From: a virus
DNA: 64,000 nt
Strand: one strand, 5' to 3'
IMG/VR virus record: IMGVR_UViG_3300009149_000020
Coordinates: 1 to 64,000 of that record
Of the stretch, positions 1 through 9,592 are shown one piece after another. The position numbers and the translations under genes were made by a program. Below the pieces are notes generated by a model that was not told the DNA's origin, did no database searches, and saw nothing but the letters and a program-made list of their open reading frames with translations. Within the stretch, counting starts at the first letter, position 1; every line of letters starts with the position of its first letter.

Positions 1-466
1 TAGACTGTTTAAAGCTGCTCAGATTGCTAAAGAAGTCAAAAAAGAATTAGCAACAACTATTTCGTTTAATTGCGTTTATGTTGATGAAAATAAACAGATG
101 GTTGTTAAGAGTGTTGATGCTATGTTGCTATCTGTGTATGCGCAGTATAAAGAATTATTCTTTAAAAGAATAGATGCCGAGTGTGATAAGATTAAAGACA
201 AGATTTCAGATTTAAAGTTAATAGCTGTAATAAGACCTGAGTTAAAAGACTACCTTACACTACCTAAAGCCTTTGATAAAATTCTGGATGAGCTTGCTGT
301 AAAAGTAAATAAAAATGTAGAAGATGTTAAAAGGGTTATGTCAAGCTATACAATTAAAACTCTATTGACCTGCAACACAGATATTACTCCATTAAAAGCA
401 CAATTAAAAACAGTTCAGGCACAAAAAACAGAAGCTGAGGTTTTAAAGCAATATGAAGGAATCTAA
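1..466 (+). CDS. hypothetical protein, 5'-truncated by window edge
   Basis: Frame is open from position 2 with no stop before ATG 98; ends LKQYEGI, overlapping the RBS of the next gene. Confidence 0.7.
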   Translation, partial: RLFKAAQIAKEVKKELATTISFNCVYVDENKQMVVKSVDAMLLSVYAQYKELFFKRIDAECDKIKDKISDLKLIAVIRPELKDYLTLPKAFDKILDELAVKVNKNVEDVKRVMSSYTIKTLLTCNTDITPLKAQLKTVQAQKTEAEVLKQYEGI

Positions 467-869
467 ACTTGATGTGAAGTTGCGTGAAGCTATTACGGAA
501 GGGTCCGTGCCTAAAGCAAAGTTTTTGTTGATGGCAGGAGCTAATCCTAATCTAACACTTCACGGGGAGGCTGCTCTCATACGTTTAACAAAAGCATCCT
601 ACCCTTTTAAAGAATGTATTAAGTTATTTATTGACATAGGAGCAGATGTGAATGCAACATCTGTACACACAAACAAAACAGCACTCATGCTTAGTGCCAT
701 TTATCCTTCATATCCTGATATAATGGAATGGTTACTAAAAGCAGGGGCTGATCCTACCTTGAAAGATAACAAAGGTCACGATGTAGTTCACTTCATATCA
801 TTACACAATACTGATAAACAGCAAAAACTAATGCTCAGCCTTTTAAAACAGTATGGAGGTGCAGGTTGA
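453..869 (+). CDS. ankyrin-repeat protein (short KFxxMxG family)
   Basis: GANPN, GADVN, KTALM, GADPTLKD ankyrin motifs; first repeat KFLLMAGA. Confidence 0.9.
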   Translation: MKESKLDVKLREAITEGSVPKAKFLLMAGANPNLTLHGEAALIRLTKASYPFKECIKLFIDIGADVNATSVHTNKTALMLSAIYPSYPDIMEWLLKAGADPTLKDNKGHDVVHFISLHNTDKQQKLMLSLLKQYGGAG

Positions 870-1168
870 ATGACCTTGACATAAAACTTGTTGAAGCTGT
901 TAGAACAAACAAGATTGACCAAGTTAAGTTTTACATCATGGCGGGAGCTAACATTAACTTTCAAGACAAAGAGCATGATGCACCTCTAATGTGGGCTGCT
1001 CATAATAACAATTACAAGATCACAAAGATGCTACTTGAAGCAGGAGCGAATGTACATGTTAGAACTCAAAGTGGTTATAGCGTTATCTTTTTTGTTCCTG
1101 CCTGGTGTCGTGAAGTGCGCAAGCTTTTAAAACAGTATGGTGCGGAGGTACATGGAGGTGCGTATTGA
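866..1168 (+). CDS. ankyrin-repeat protein (short KFxxMxG family)
   Basis: KFYIMAGANIN, PLMWAA, LLEAGANV. Confidence 0.9.
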   Translation: MNDLDIKLVEAVRTNKIDQVKFYIMAGANINFQDKEHDAPLMWAAHNNNYKITKMLLEAGANVHVRTQSGYSVIFFVPAWCREVRKLLKQYGAEVHGGAY

Positions 1169-1593
1169 CTGAAGCCGAGAAGAAACATTGTGAAAAAGAA
1201 TTACGCATTGCAATGTTTAGATCGATCAAAGCAGGGTCCTTACCTCGTGTAAAGTTTTACTTAATGTCGGGGGTAAGCGTAAAAAATCCACCAGGTGATG
1301 GGTATACTGCACTAAAGATTGCAATTCGTGAAAATCGTCTTGATATTGTGAAAGTATTGGTAGAAGCAGGTGCTGATATCAACTATAGAAACAAACTAGG
1401 TAATTGCATTTTATTTGATGCAGTCTGTGAACCAGAAATACTAAAATATTTTATTGACAAAGGAGCAGATATATCAGTGAGAAATTGTGCTGGTACGTGT
1501 GCTTTCACTATTGCACGTATGACTGGTTGTACAGAATCTCAAATGTTATTGATGAGCTATGCAAGGCAACAAGGTTATTTTTCAGGAGTGTGA
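1165..1593 (+). CDS. ankyrin-repeat protein (short KFxxMxG family)
   Basis: KFYLMSG, GYTALKIA, LVEAGADIN, GADIS; TTG start after GGAGG. Confidence 0.88.
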   Translation: MTEAEKKHCEKELRIAMFRSIKAGSLPRVKFYLMSGVSVKNPPGDGYTALKIAIRENRLDIVKVLVEAGADINYRNKLGNCILFDAVCEPEILKYFIDKGADISVRNCAGTCAFTIARMTGCTESQMLLMSYARQQGYFSGV

Positions 1594-1604
1594 AAGGAGT
1601 AAGA

Positions 1605-2687
1605 ATGGATTGTAAAATATTGTACTTGCCTAATAAGGCTAAGCCCTTTTCTAAACATGTGGAATCAAGTAATTACAATTTTGATTTCTTTTATAAGAGT
1701 GGTCTTTTTCTTAGGTGGGGAAAGACTGAAGACGATGACCCATCATATTCTCCATTCGGGCCTGAGATACTTGATATAGAGATATCAACTATCTGTAATG
1801 GTATTAATGGGAAGCCCTGTACACATTGCTATAAATCAAACACAGGCAAAGGAAAGAATATGTCTTTTGATACATTCAAAACTATCTTTGACAAAATGCC
1901 TGAAACATTGACTCAGGTAGCATTTGGTATTGGAGATATTGATGCAAATCCTGATATGTGGGAAATGTTTAAGTATTGTAGGAGTAATCAGAATACTGTA
2001 GTTGTGCCTAATGTAACTATAAATGGCTGGAATCTAACAGATGAGGCAGCAGATAACTTTTCTTCCTTATGTGGAGCTGTTGCTGTCTCAAGATACCAAC
2101 CTAAAGATGTATGTTATGATGCTGTACAAAAACTAACAGATAAAGGGATGACGCAGGTTAACATACATATGCTACTGTCACAGGAAACATTAGACCAGTG
2201 TTATGAAACAGTATATGATATGAAAATGGACGCTAGGCTACGAAGAGCAAATGCTGTAGTATTTTTGTATCTTAAGCCTAAAGGAATCAGAAATAAGTTT
2301 ACTATGCTACATGGTGCTAGTCATTATGAAAAACTTATTTCGTATTGTTTTAATAACAAGGTTAAGTTTGGGTTTGACTCTTGTTCAGCTCCTACATTTT
2401 TACGAGCAGTAGAACATAGGTCAAATTTTTCTGAACTTGAAATGATGGCAGAGTCCTGTGAAAGTTCTTGTTTCAGCAGCTATATTAATGTGGATGGACG
2501 ATACTTTCATTGTTCTTTTACAGAAGGGGAGCAAGGTTGGAAAGGAATTGACGTAGTCAACTGTAAAGACTTCTTAAAAGATGTATGGTATGGTGATGAG
2601 ACCATAAGATTTAGAGATAGTTTGATTACACAAAATCATGCAATTAGTAACTCATGCAGAGAATGTCCAATATTTGATTTACGGTGA
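1605..2687 (+). CDS. radical SAM enzyme with C-terminal SPASM/twitch-like Cys domain
   Basis: PEILDIEISTIC-x7-CTHCY cluster motif, PNVTING, CESSCFSSYINVDGRYFHCSF, CRECP; start moved to ATG 1605 after AAGGAG. Confidence 0.88.
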   Translation: MDCKILYLPNKAKPFSKHVESSNYNFDFFYKSGLFLRWGKTEDDDPSYSPFGPEILDIEISTICNGINGKPCTHCYKSNTGKGKNMSFDTFKTIFDKMPETLTQVAFGIGDIDANPDMWEMFKYCRSNQNTVVVPNVTINGWNLTDEAADNFSSLCGAVAVSRYQPKDVCYDAVQKLTDKGMTQVNIHMLLSQETLDQCYETVYDMKMDARLRRANAVVFLYLKPKGIRNKFTMLHGASHYEKLISYCFNNKVKFGFDSCSAPTFLRAVEHRSNFSELEMMAESCESSCFSSYINVDGRYFHCSFTEGEQGWKGIDVVNCKDFLKDVWYGDETIRFRDSLITQNHAISNSCRECPIFDLR

Positions 2688-2708
2688 ACTTTATTTTTAG
2701 GAGAATTT

Positions 2709-3098
2709 ATGAAGATTAGACACGGTTTTGTTAGCAATTCATCTTCGACTGCTTTTATTGTTTGTAGGAATGAGTTAACAAGAGCACAGGAAGATTTATT
2801 GTTAGGATGTACACCTGCATTAGAAGAAGGCTGGAAAATAGGTATTGTAAACGACCACATAATCGGTTATGTTGATATGGATAATTTTGAGATTGAAGAT
2901 GTTTTGTTAGTATTAGAAATACATAGTGCTCGTATTTGTAGCTACCCCGATTTTCTTGATTATGCAGGATTGGAGAAACTTGTTAGATTAGGAAAAGTTT
3001 CTGAGTTTAATGGTCTTTACGGAGTGTGGGACCCAAGCAATAACTTTATTGCAGAAAGGGTGCCTGGCAAGAAATCACGCAAGTCAGCAAAAAGGTGA
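2709..3098 (+). CDS. MKxRxGFVSNSSS-motif protein
   Basis: N-terminus MKIRHGFVSNSSSTAFIV; directly after the radical SAM gene. Confidence 0.8.
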   Translation: MKIRHGFVSNSSSTAFIVCRNELTRAQEDLLLGCTPALEEGWKIGIVNDHIIGYVDMDNFEIEDVLLVLEIHSARICSYPDFLDYAGLEKLVRLGKVSEFNGLYGVWDPSNNFIAERVPGKKSRKSAKR

Positions 3099-3112
3099 GC
3101 GTAGGAGGATTT

Positions 3113-3508
3113 ATGGAAAATGATCCGCATATACTTATACAAAGCATTGAAGAAGAAATAACTAATGAAATTCAGCAAGCATCTTTTGGCATATCACTAA
3201 TGCCAGATAACCAACTTAAGGAACTTGCTAAGGATATAGTTGCCGGTAGAGTATTTACAGATAGGCAGGTAAGAAAAAGTGATGTTAGCATGTTATCTAG
3301 TATCTTTATGGTATTAGTATTTATGCAAGGCAATACCTCTTTAGTTTTGTCTGATGCAGGGCTGCTTTATGAATATTTGGATAAGGCTGGCCCTAGATGT
3401 GTCAATGGCTACCCTACATTCATGTCAGTAAGATATGTTCATAAGCATGATATACCTAGACTCTTCGAGACATGTGATAAAGTGCAACAAGCACTAGCTT
3501 CTATTTAA
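3113..3508 (+). CDS. hypothetical protein
   Basis: ATG after AGGAGG; contains EYLDKAGPRCVNGYPTFMS. Confidence 0.7.
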   Translation: MENDPHILIQSIEEEITNEIQQASFGISLMPDNQLKELAKDIVAGRVFTDRQVRKSDVSMLSSIFMVLVFMQGNTSLVLSDAGLLYEYLDKAGPRCVNGYPTFMSVRYVHKHDIPRLFETCDKVQQALASI

Positions 3509-3518
3509 GGAGGAACTA

Positions 3519-4067
3519 ATGAAAGTTAGACGAGGCTTTGTTAGCAATTCCAGTTCAAGCAGTTTTATAATGGCCTTCTCTGAGAAGATACCTGAAACTG
3601 TTGAGGAATTACATTCAATATTATTTTGGGACAATGTAACAGGAGTTATTACTTCTACCTATTCAGAGTCAGTTGTTAGCACACACTTGCTTGCTACACG
3701 TATTTTTGAGAAAATTAAGAAAGAAGGTACATCTAACAAAGCAGAGATTATTGAAAAACTTGCATGGTCTGATCAAACTCGCGCACTACAAGCGGAGTAC
3801 TTTGCTTTACATGAAAATTATAAAGATGATACAAAGGCTTATAAACAAGCACAGTCTTTGTTAGATCAGCAAATGACTGAAGCAGCTGAAAGAATTTATA
3901 AGTATGTTTTATGTAAAGGCAGTGGGTATGATCACGTTCCTCCCTCAAACGTTGTAATGGTTGAATTCGAAGACAATGGTCTTTCCATAGATGCTATTAT
4001 TGAGCATAGCGCTATTATTAACGATGATGGTTATAGACTTACTGTTGTTACGGTTAATAATCATTAA
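3519..4067 (+). CDS. MKxRxGFVSNSSS-motif protein
   Basis: MKVRRGFVSNSSSSSFIM; C-terminal DAIIEH...VNNH. Confidence 0.82.
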   Translation: MKVRRGFVSNSSSSSFIMAFSEKIPETVEELHSILFWDNVTGVITSTYSESVVSTHLLATRIFEKIKKEGTSNKAEIIEKLAWSDQTRALQAEYFALHENYKDDTKAYKQAQSLLDQQMTEAAERIYKYVLCKGSGYDHVPPSNVVMVEFEDNGLSIDAIIEHSAIINDDGYRLTVVTVNNH

Positions 4068-4076
4068 GGAGTATTT

Positions 4077-4895
4077 ATGTCTAAATTGGTGAAATTTAAA
4101 ACAGGTGTAACATCCTACGAAATAAACAAAAAGTCTGATCCAGCCTTGTCCATTCTTCATCATATTAGTACAGGTTGGAAGAATTATACTGGCGATAGTA
4201 CTACTTCTACGCTTGTTACAAAGTTTTATATAGCAATGGCTCCTACTCCTGATATAACTTTGTTAGACGAGCAAGCAGATCGCTACTTGTACTATCGTAG
4301 AGGTAAATGGTCTGATCCAGCGGCTGCACACGACCCAGAATCATTAATCAGACAGACCTACCATACGTTATTAGGAGTGGCTACGCAAAATGTTAAACTG
4401 GATGCTGACCAAACTATTAGATATTTATATTATGAAAAGACACATGATCCAGATGCCAAAAAAGATATTGACCAAACTATAAGGTATAGATACTATGAGC
4501 TTTATCCTACCGATCCTGCTGCTAAAGACGATAGTCTTATGCATGCAAGACTCAACTACTATAGAAGTACACTATGGAAAGATAGTGACTGGTGTAAGGA
4601 TAAGACATTGCAAGTAGTTATTTCTGGATTGTATGAATCTTTAGAATTGCAGGTAGACGAAGAGGTGCTCAATGCTTTATTTACAACAGTAGGAGGAATG
4701 GACTTATACAACTTTAGTTATCACACCTTTTTCGTGTTTAAGGATGCTATCATTATCGAAAGACTTGCACAGTTAGTAAAAGAAGTAACTCCCGGGTTAT
4801 TCGGAAGGATGCTTTTAAATATTAAAGATTCTAACAAGAGACAAAAGTTTATGGAGTTTATGAAAAATCTTGGAGTAGTGGAGGAGCCGTGTTAA
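4077..4895 (+). CDS. 23-aa RxxYY/WxD repeat protein with shared C-terminal motif
   Basis: DQTIRYLYY, DQTIRYRYY, WKDSDWCKD; ends TPGLFGRMLLNIKDSNKRQKFM. Confidence 0.75.
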   Translation: MSKLVKFKTGVTSYEINKKSDPALSILHHISTGWKNYTGDSTTSTLVTKFYIAMAPTPDITLLDEQADRYLYYRRGKWSDPAAAHDPESLIRQTYHTLLGVATQNVKLDADQTIRYLYYEKTHDPDAKKDIDQTIRYRYYELYPTDPAAKDDSLMHARLNYYRSTLWKDSDWCKDKTLQVVISGLYESLELQVDEEVLNALFTTVGGMDLYNFSYHTFFVFKDAIIIERLAQLVKEVTPGLFGRMLLNIKDSNKRQKFMEFMKNLGVVEEPC

Positions 4896-6565
4896 AATAT
4901 ATTAGTTCAAAGCAACTTACTCGAACTTGTTCTACAGTAAAAGTTGAATTAACTTTTCATAGCAAGAAAGATTCATTATCGGATGCATGGTATGAATTTC
5001 AAAAGAATAATTTTATCAAAAAGCGAGTAGACCTTGTAGCTACGAAATTGGATGTTCACTACGAGGACATAGTTATTAATGGAGAGGATGACGTTAATGA
5101 TGTAGTAACTGTTATTTTTCATGTGTATGACTTTCCATCCGGCTTTTATGTTGATACGGATAATGTGCTCATTAATAGTCGAAATATAATTACATCCATT
5201 TCATTTGTGGTAAAGGCACTTCTTCCTATTGAGGAAGGTGAGGAAGGTGGAGCAACTTTAAGTGATGCAGAAATAGATCAGAAAGCTCTTGGTTTGTTGT
5301 TGAGAGGTAAATCAGGAGAAACGCAGGCAATCACTTTATTTTGTTTAGGTAAAACAGTCAAGGATCTTCCTAAAGAAATGAGGTCAGACATTGATTATTG
5401 TCTTCCTAACAAGTACAAGGAAGTTGTCGGGAACTCTGCTAGCAATAGTTACGGTAAACAGTTAAGTGCTATTCGTGCTAAGTTTGTAGATGTTTTGGAT
5501 AAACGCACGTTGTGGGAAAAGGAGAAGAAAGAACCTAAAGACATTTTTGTTGAACCAGATTATTCAGCATCCTTACTTACTATATCTTTCTTGCTTACTA
5601 AAGATTCTTTATCCAAAAGTGAGCTAAGTTATCTAGGACAGATACTAAGTAAGTCCACAAAAGTAGACTACTATAGAGTCTTTATAGTGCATTCACAAAT
5701 ATTTAAAGTTATTGTTCAATATAGCGTGTATGAAGACCCTGACCTTTTAGCACAGTTTTTATGTTGTAAAGAAGTGTTTGATTACTGCATTAAACAAGGA
5801 CATGCTGGCCTTAATACAGCTGTTCTTGCACACCCTTCTCTTATGGCCAAGAAGACTAACATTTACAATGTTCTTGTTAGAAAATCTTGCTTTGTAGACT
5901 TAGACTACAGTACTTGTATTTCTATGTTAGAAGGCTTAATAACTGAGGAGACTTTTCTTGATACAGAAAGTGTAAAAAAAGTTTTTAGACTTTTTGCGCA
6001 GGTGATGTGGCCTAGTGAATATGAAGTAATATATCGTAAAGCACCTGAGTTACTGTTTATGTTCATTTGTGATAGAGTATCAAAAGGGGATTTTTCTTTT
6101 TGCAATGAGTTGACAGTTTCTCTTGTAGAAGATGCTTATGGTGCAGATCTTCACTCGCTTACTGATAGGAAGTCAAAGTTAATGACCCAGTCATTCCAAG
6201 AACAGGGTATGCTTTATCTAAGCTATCTTCTTGCAGCATGTCTTGACGATAGTAATCAAAAGCATATAGAAAATAATCAAGTTCTTACCGCATTGGGTAA
6301 CGTGCTTACTGATGCTACGAATTTGTACGATTGTTTTGCTATCTCTTGTGTTTTTGGGAAAATTGTACAAAACATGTTACACATCAGTGAACACTTTTTC
6401 CAGGCTTTAGTTTTAAGAAAACCTGAGTTACTGGAAGTTTATAAAACAACGGATGTAAGGGCTGACTTACGTGATAGAAGCTCGTGTGCAGATATTATAT
6501 TCAAGCTTGCTGAAAGAAAGAAGTTGGTAGCAGTAGAGACTTCAGAGGAGGGCAATTGTGCTTAA
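4889..6565 (+). CDS. large hypothetical protein
   Basis: 558-aa ORF, GTG start after GGAGGAG; no family recognised. Confidence 0.75.
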   Translation: MLKYISSKQLTRTCSTVKVELTFHSKKDSLSDAWYEFQKNNFIKKRVDLVATKLDVHYEDIVINGEDDVNDVVTVIFHVYDFPSGFYVDTDNVLINSRNIITSISFVVKALLPIEEGEEGGATLSDAEIDQKALGLLLRGKSGETQAITLFCLGKTVKDLPKEMRSDIDYCLPNKYKEVVGNSASNSYGKQLSAIRAKFVDVLDKRTLWEKEKKEPKDIFVEPDYSASLLTISFLLTKDSLSKSELSYLGQILSKSTKVDYYRVFIVHSQIFKVIVQYSVYEDPDLLAQFLCCKEVFDYCIKQGHAGLNTAVLAHPSLMAKKTNIYNVLVRKSCFVDLDYSTCISMLEGLITEETFLDTESVKKVFRLFAQVMWPSEYEVIYRKAPELLFMFICDRVSKGDFSFCNELTVSLVEDAYGADLHSLTDRKSKLMTQSFQEQGMLYLSYLLAACLDDSNQKHIENNQVLTALGNVLTDATNLYDCFAISCVFGKIVQNMLHISEHFFQALVLRKPELLEVYKTTDVRADLRDRSSCADIIFKLAERKKLVAVETSEEGNCA

Positions 6566-8015
6566 GATCAAAGGAATAATTCAAAACCCCGTAGAAGCTT
6601 GGTGGATTAACTTTATGAACGAATTATTGGAGTCTAAGCTTCTTTCCCCTAAAGTAGTATTTAATGAGATAAGTGTACCTATTGTAAAGCTTGAAATACT
6701 TAATAACATTATTCTAATCATAACTGTTCCAGAAACAGAAGGGATGGCCGATCTTTATTATCCATTGTTTGTTCTTTCCATGGAGGACGGAGGAGAATTA
6801 AAATCAGTTGAAATTTTAGGTAACTTTCCTCTTATGCGTAAAGGAGAAGATGCGCCTGCAGACTTTATGTTAGATACAAGACGTGACGTGTTTCTTGCTA
6901 CAGGGGCTACTATAGCACGTAGCCATGAAAACCGGAGTATGAAAAAGGGAGTATCGCTGAGCACGTTCCTTCTTGCAAAAGATGCAAAGCTTTCGGGTGC
7001 AGCAGAGGAGTTCTGTACCTATTTTGGCAATCAGGTAACTTATAGTGATAGACGTCATATATTTCCTGCTCTTCATGCAATAGCTCCTATACTTCTTGCA
7101 AGAAAAGATAAGGAAAATACGAGTAAACATTTAATAGCTTTCTGCCTAAGAGCTACTGAACAATTAAGTTACTATGCTCCTTTGGCAGATTACCAGTCGC
7201 ACGTATGGGAGTTTGTTTACTACTTATACAAGCAACTAGGCGAGCCTATTGAAATGTATCCATATTTAGTAGCACATCCTATGTTTAAGTCAATTATTGA
7301 AAAGAGATCGACAGAATTAGACTTCTTTTCTTACTGTGACAAGGCTTGGCGTCAGATTGAAATAGACTATCAGGAACATCTCTTTTTTGCAGACGGGTTG
7401 GAAAGCTTAACACCGTTTGTAAGTGAGTCGTGCAGGCTGTATCCTTTTAAGTTGTTCTGGGGAGAAGCACAGAGGTATAGCCTTGATAATAGACAAGATA
7501 TGGACAATAAGGTTTCTCCTACAGACGATTATCACACAATGTTGAGTATTTATGTAAACGAGTTACTTAAAGCAACCGTTACAGTTGAAAAGTTAGAATC
7601 ACTAGCGCCACTATATCCTTATATGCTTGACAAAAAGTTAGAAACACTGGCACCTTTTTCTTCCATGCTAGTTAAGTTATTCTTAGGCGAAGTAGACGAA
7701 TTAACAAATGAGGAGGTTGCTGAATTTTCTAGGATGGCAGGAGAGGGTACAACAATTGAAAGTCTTAAACCGAGTCAATTAATTGTTACAGGCTTATTCT
7801 CTCAGAATACAGAAAGGTTAGGTTTATTTCTTTTCAGAACAACGAATACTCCTTTAAAGAAAATGTTAACGTTGTTGATGAAGAGAAAACAAAACTATAC
7901 GAAGAAGTTAGTTGACTGCAGACAGCAAGTTATTAAACAAGTTGAAAAAGCAAAAGCAGCTCAACAAAAGAAAATAAGTGAGGTTTACTGCGAAAAAGAA
8001 GTAGCAAACGTTTAA
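6558..8015 (+). CDS. hypothetical protein with shared C-terminal motif
   Basis: 485-aa ORF; NTERLGLFLFRTTNTPLKKMLTLLM near the C-terminus. Confidence 0.75.
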   Translation: MLKIKGIIQNPVEAWWINFMNELLESKLLSPKVVFNEISVPIVKLEILNNIILIITVPETEGMADLYYPLFVLSMEDGGELKSVEILGNFPLMRKGEDAPADFMLDTRRDVFLATGATIARSHENRSMKKGVSLSTFLLAKDAKLSGAAEEFCTYFGNQVTYSDRRHIFPALHAIAPILLARKDKENTSKHLIAFCLRATEQLSYYAPLADYQSHVWEFVYYLYKQLGEPIEMYPYLVAHPMFKSIIEKRSTELDFFSYCDKAWRQIEIDYQEHLFFADGLESLTPFVSESCRLYPFKLFWGEAQRYSLDNRQDMDNKVSPTDDYHTMLSIYVNELLKATVTVEKLESLAPLYPYMLDKKLETLAPFSSMLVKLFLGEVDELTNEEVAEFSRMAGEGTTIESLKPSQLIVTGLFSQNTERLGLFLFRTTNTPLKKMLTLLMKRKQNYTKKLVDCRQQVIKQVEKAKAAQQKKISEVYCEKEVANV

Positions 8016-8021
8016 AGTGAG

Positions 8022-8606
8022 GTGATAGCAATGGCTAGGAAAGATCGTATTAACATTATCCCTTGTTCATGTGTTGATTATACACATACAATGTTAGCAT
8101 TGTATTATGATGCCGAAGATAATTTAATTTATGTATCAGCTTTTCTTGATAATTATAAAACATTTTATCAGCGAGCATTGGATGCTATCAAATACATTAA
8201 AGGAAAGCAAGCTAAATGGTACTGGCATTCGTGGAATCTAGACAATGACTCGGGATACAAAAAAGATATTCTTGCTATGGTAAGCAAGATAGATGAAAAC
8301 AAAGAAAGCACCTATTCTGACAATTACACATTTTATGCAAATGAGCTTACACTCACTTTGTCCAATGAGGAGCTTCTTCTTACGTTTGAGTATGATGGAG
8401 AATTTAATGATGTGCATGCAACTGTATTTCTCAGGCCGAGTAGAAGTATCTTTACAAGAATTAAAAGGGGGTTAAAGTATCTTTTGTGCAACGATGGATT
8501 TGGGAAGTGGGCTGAGTTTCAGCTAACAAATAAACACAAACTCCCTTTTATTGGAGTAATATCACTAATAATGGATGAATCATTTAAAAAACAAGGAGAT
8601 AACTAA
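8022..8606 (+). CDS. hypothetical protein with internal domain duplication
   Basis: YDAEDNLIYVSAFL..FYQRALDAIKYI resembles YDGEFNDVHATVFL..IFTRIKRGLKYL. Confidence 0.7.
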   Translation: MIAMARKDRINIIPCSCVDYTHTMLALYYDAEDNLIYVSAFLDNYKTFYQRALDAIKYIKGKQAKWYWHSWNLDNDSGYKKDILAMVSKIDENKESTYSDNYTFYANELTLTLSNEELLLTFEYDGEFNDVHATVFLRPSRSIFTRIKRGLKYLLCNDGFGKWAEFQLTNKHKLPFIGVISLIMDESFKKQGDN

Positions 8607-8941
8607 TGAACATGTTTCCAGGAAAGAAAGAAGAAGTTGTGAAGGGAATCAAAGCTGCAGTCCTGCGACCATTTAATTCTTGTAGTGAAGAAGAGCTTGA
8701 CGAATTTTTGAATAATAATCAAGAGGTACTTGCAGAAGCTGTAGATGAATTCTACCAGGAAAACAAAGAAGCACCATTACATGTTTTATTTACAGGAGAA
8801 CTTGCTAAAGACTGTGCTGTAATGGAATTACAGTGCATATCTTCCATATGGGAACGACTAGAGAAAAAGGTTCCTACTCTCAACGGCCAGGTAGTAAAAC
8901 TTCTAGATTCTAAGAAAGACGAAGAAGCAACAGTTCATTAA
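8606..8941 (+). CDS. hypothetical protein
   Basis: AAGGAG RBS; TAATG coupling. Confidence 0.7.
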   Translation: MNMFPGKKEEVVKGIKAAVLRPFNSCSEEELDEFLNNNQEVLAEAVDEFYQENKEAPLHVLFTGELAKDCAVMELQCISSIWERLEKKVPTLNGQVVKLLDSKKDEEATVH

Positions 8942-8952
8942 GTAACATAATG

Positions 8953-8986
8953 GGGATAGGACATTTAATAATCCTATCCCTTTTTT
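8953..8986 (+). terminator. intrinsic terminator-like hairpin
   Basis: GGGATAGGA...TCCTATCCC stem followed by T6. Confidence 0.75.
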
Positions 8987-9006
8987 CACGTTTAAAGGAG
9001 GGCGGC

Positions 9007-9489
9007 ATGTATTACCCCTACGGGCTAACATTACCTATAGAATTTGTACCTTATCAAGAAAAAATTAATGCAATTATTAATAAATATGTAACTGGTGATT
9101 TTATACATAGTGGCCGTGAAGAAGCACTTTTTAACATGGCTGCAAAGGCTCCATTAAATACAGACTTCGTTGAGAAAGAGGATAGTTTTGCTTTTGGTGT
9201 AGCTTGTACAAGATGTACACCTTTTGAAAAAGTGACTGAGCCTGAAGAACGGATTTTCTCTTTACTTGCAGAGATTCATTGTCTAAATGTTGAAATGGCT
9301 GACCATAGTCTGAATGCAATTAGAAGAGAAGCAACACGTGAAACAGTAGTACCGTTCTTTAGTTTAAATAAAGTTGTAACCATGTTTGATAGTGCTTACT
9401 TAGGTATGAAGAGAAGTAAGTTAGAAGCAAGACGCACAAAGCTTCTAACAATATTGAAAAAAGAAATACGTCAACTAAGTAATGTTTAG
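9007..9489 (+). CDS. hypothetical protein
   Basis: ATG 9007 after AAGGAGG; the track's upstream extension runs through the terminator. Confidence 0.7.
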   Translation: MYYPYGLTLPIEFVPYQEKINAIINKYVTGDFIHSGREEALFNMAAKAPLNTDFVEKEDSFAFGVACTRCTPFEKVTEPEERIFSLLAEIHCLNVEMADHSLNAIRREATRETVVPFFSLNKVVTMFDSAYLGMKRSKLEARRTKLLTILKKEIRQLSNV

Positions 9490-9533
9490 AGTTTTTATTA
9501 AATGTAAAACTTCTAGTTTTACCCTCTCTTTAT

Positions 9534-9565
9534 AAGGATAGCTCTAATCAGCTATCCTTTTTTTT
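9534..9565 (+). terminator. intrinsic terminator-like hairpin
   Basis: AAGGATAGCT...AGCTATCCTT followed by a T run. Confidence 0.75.
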
Positions 9566-9592
9566 ATGCAAAAAATGTAAGGGGTGATGTGA

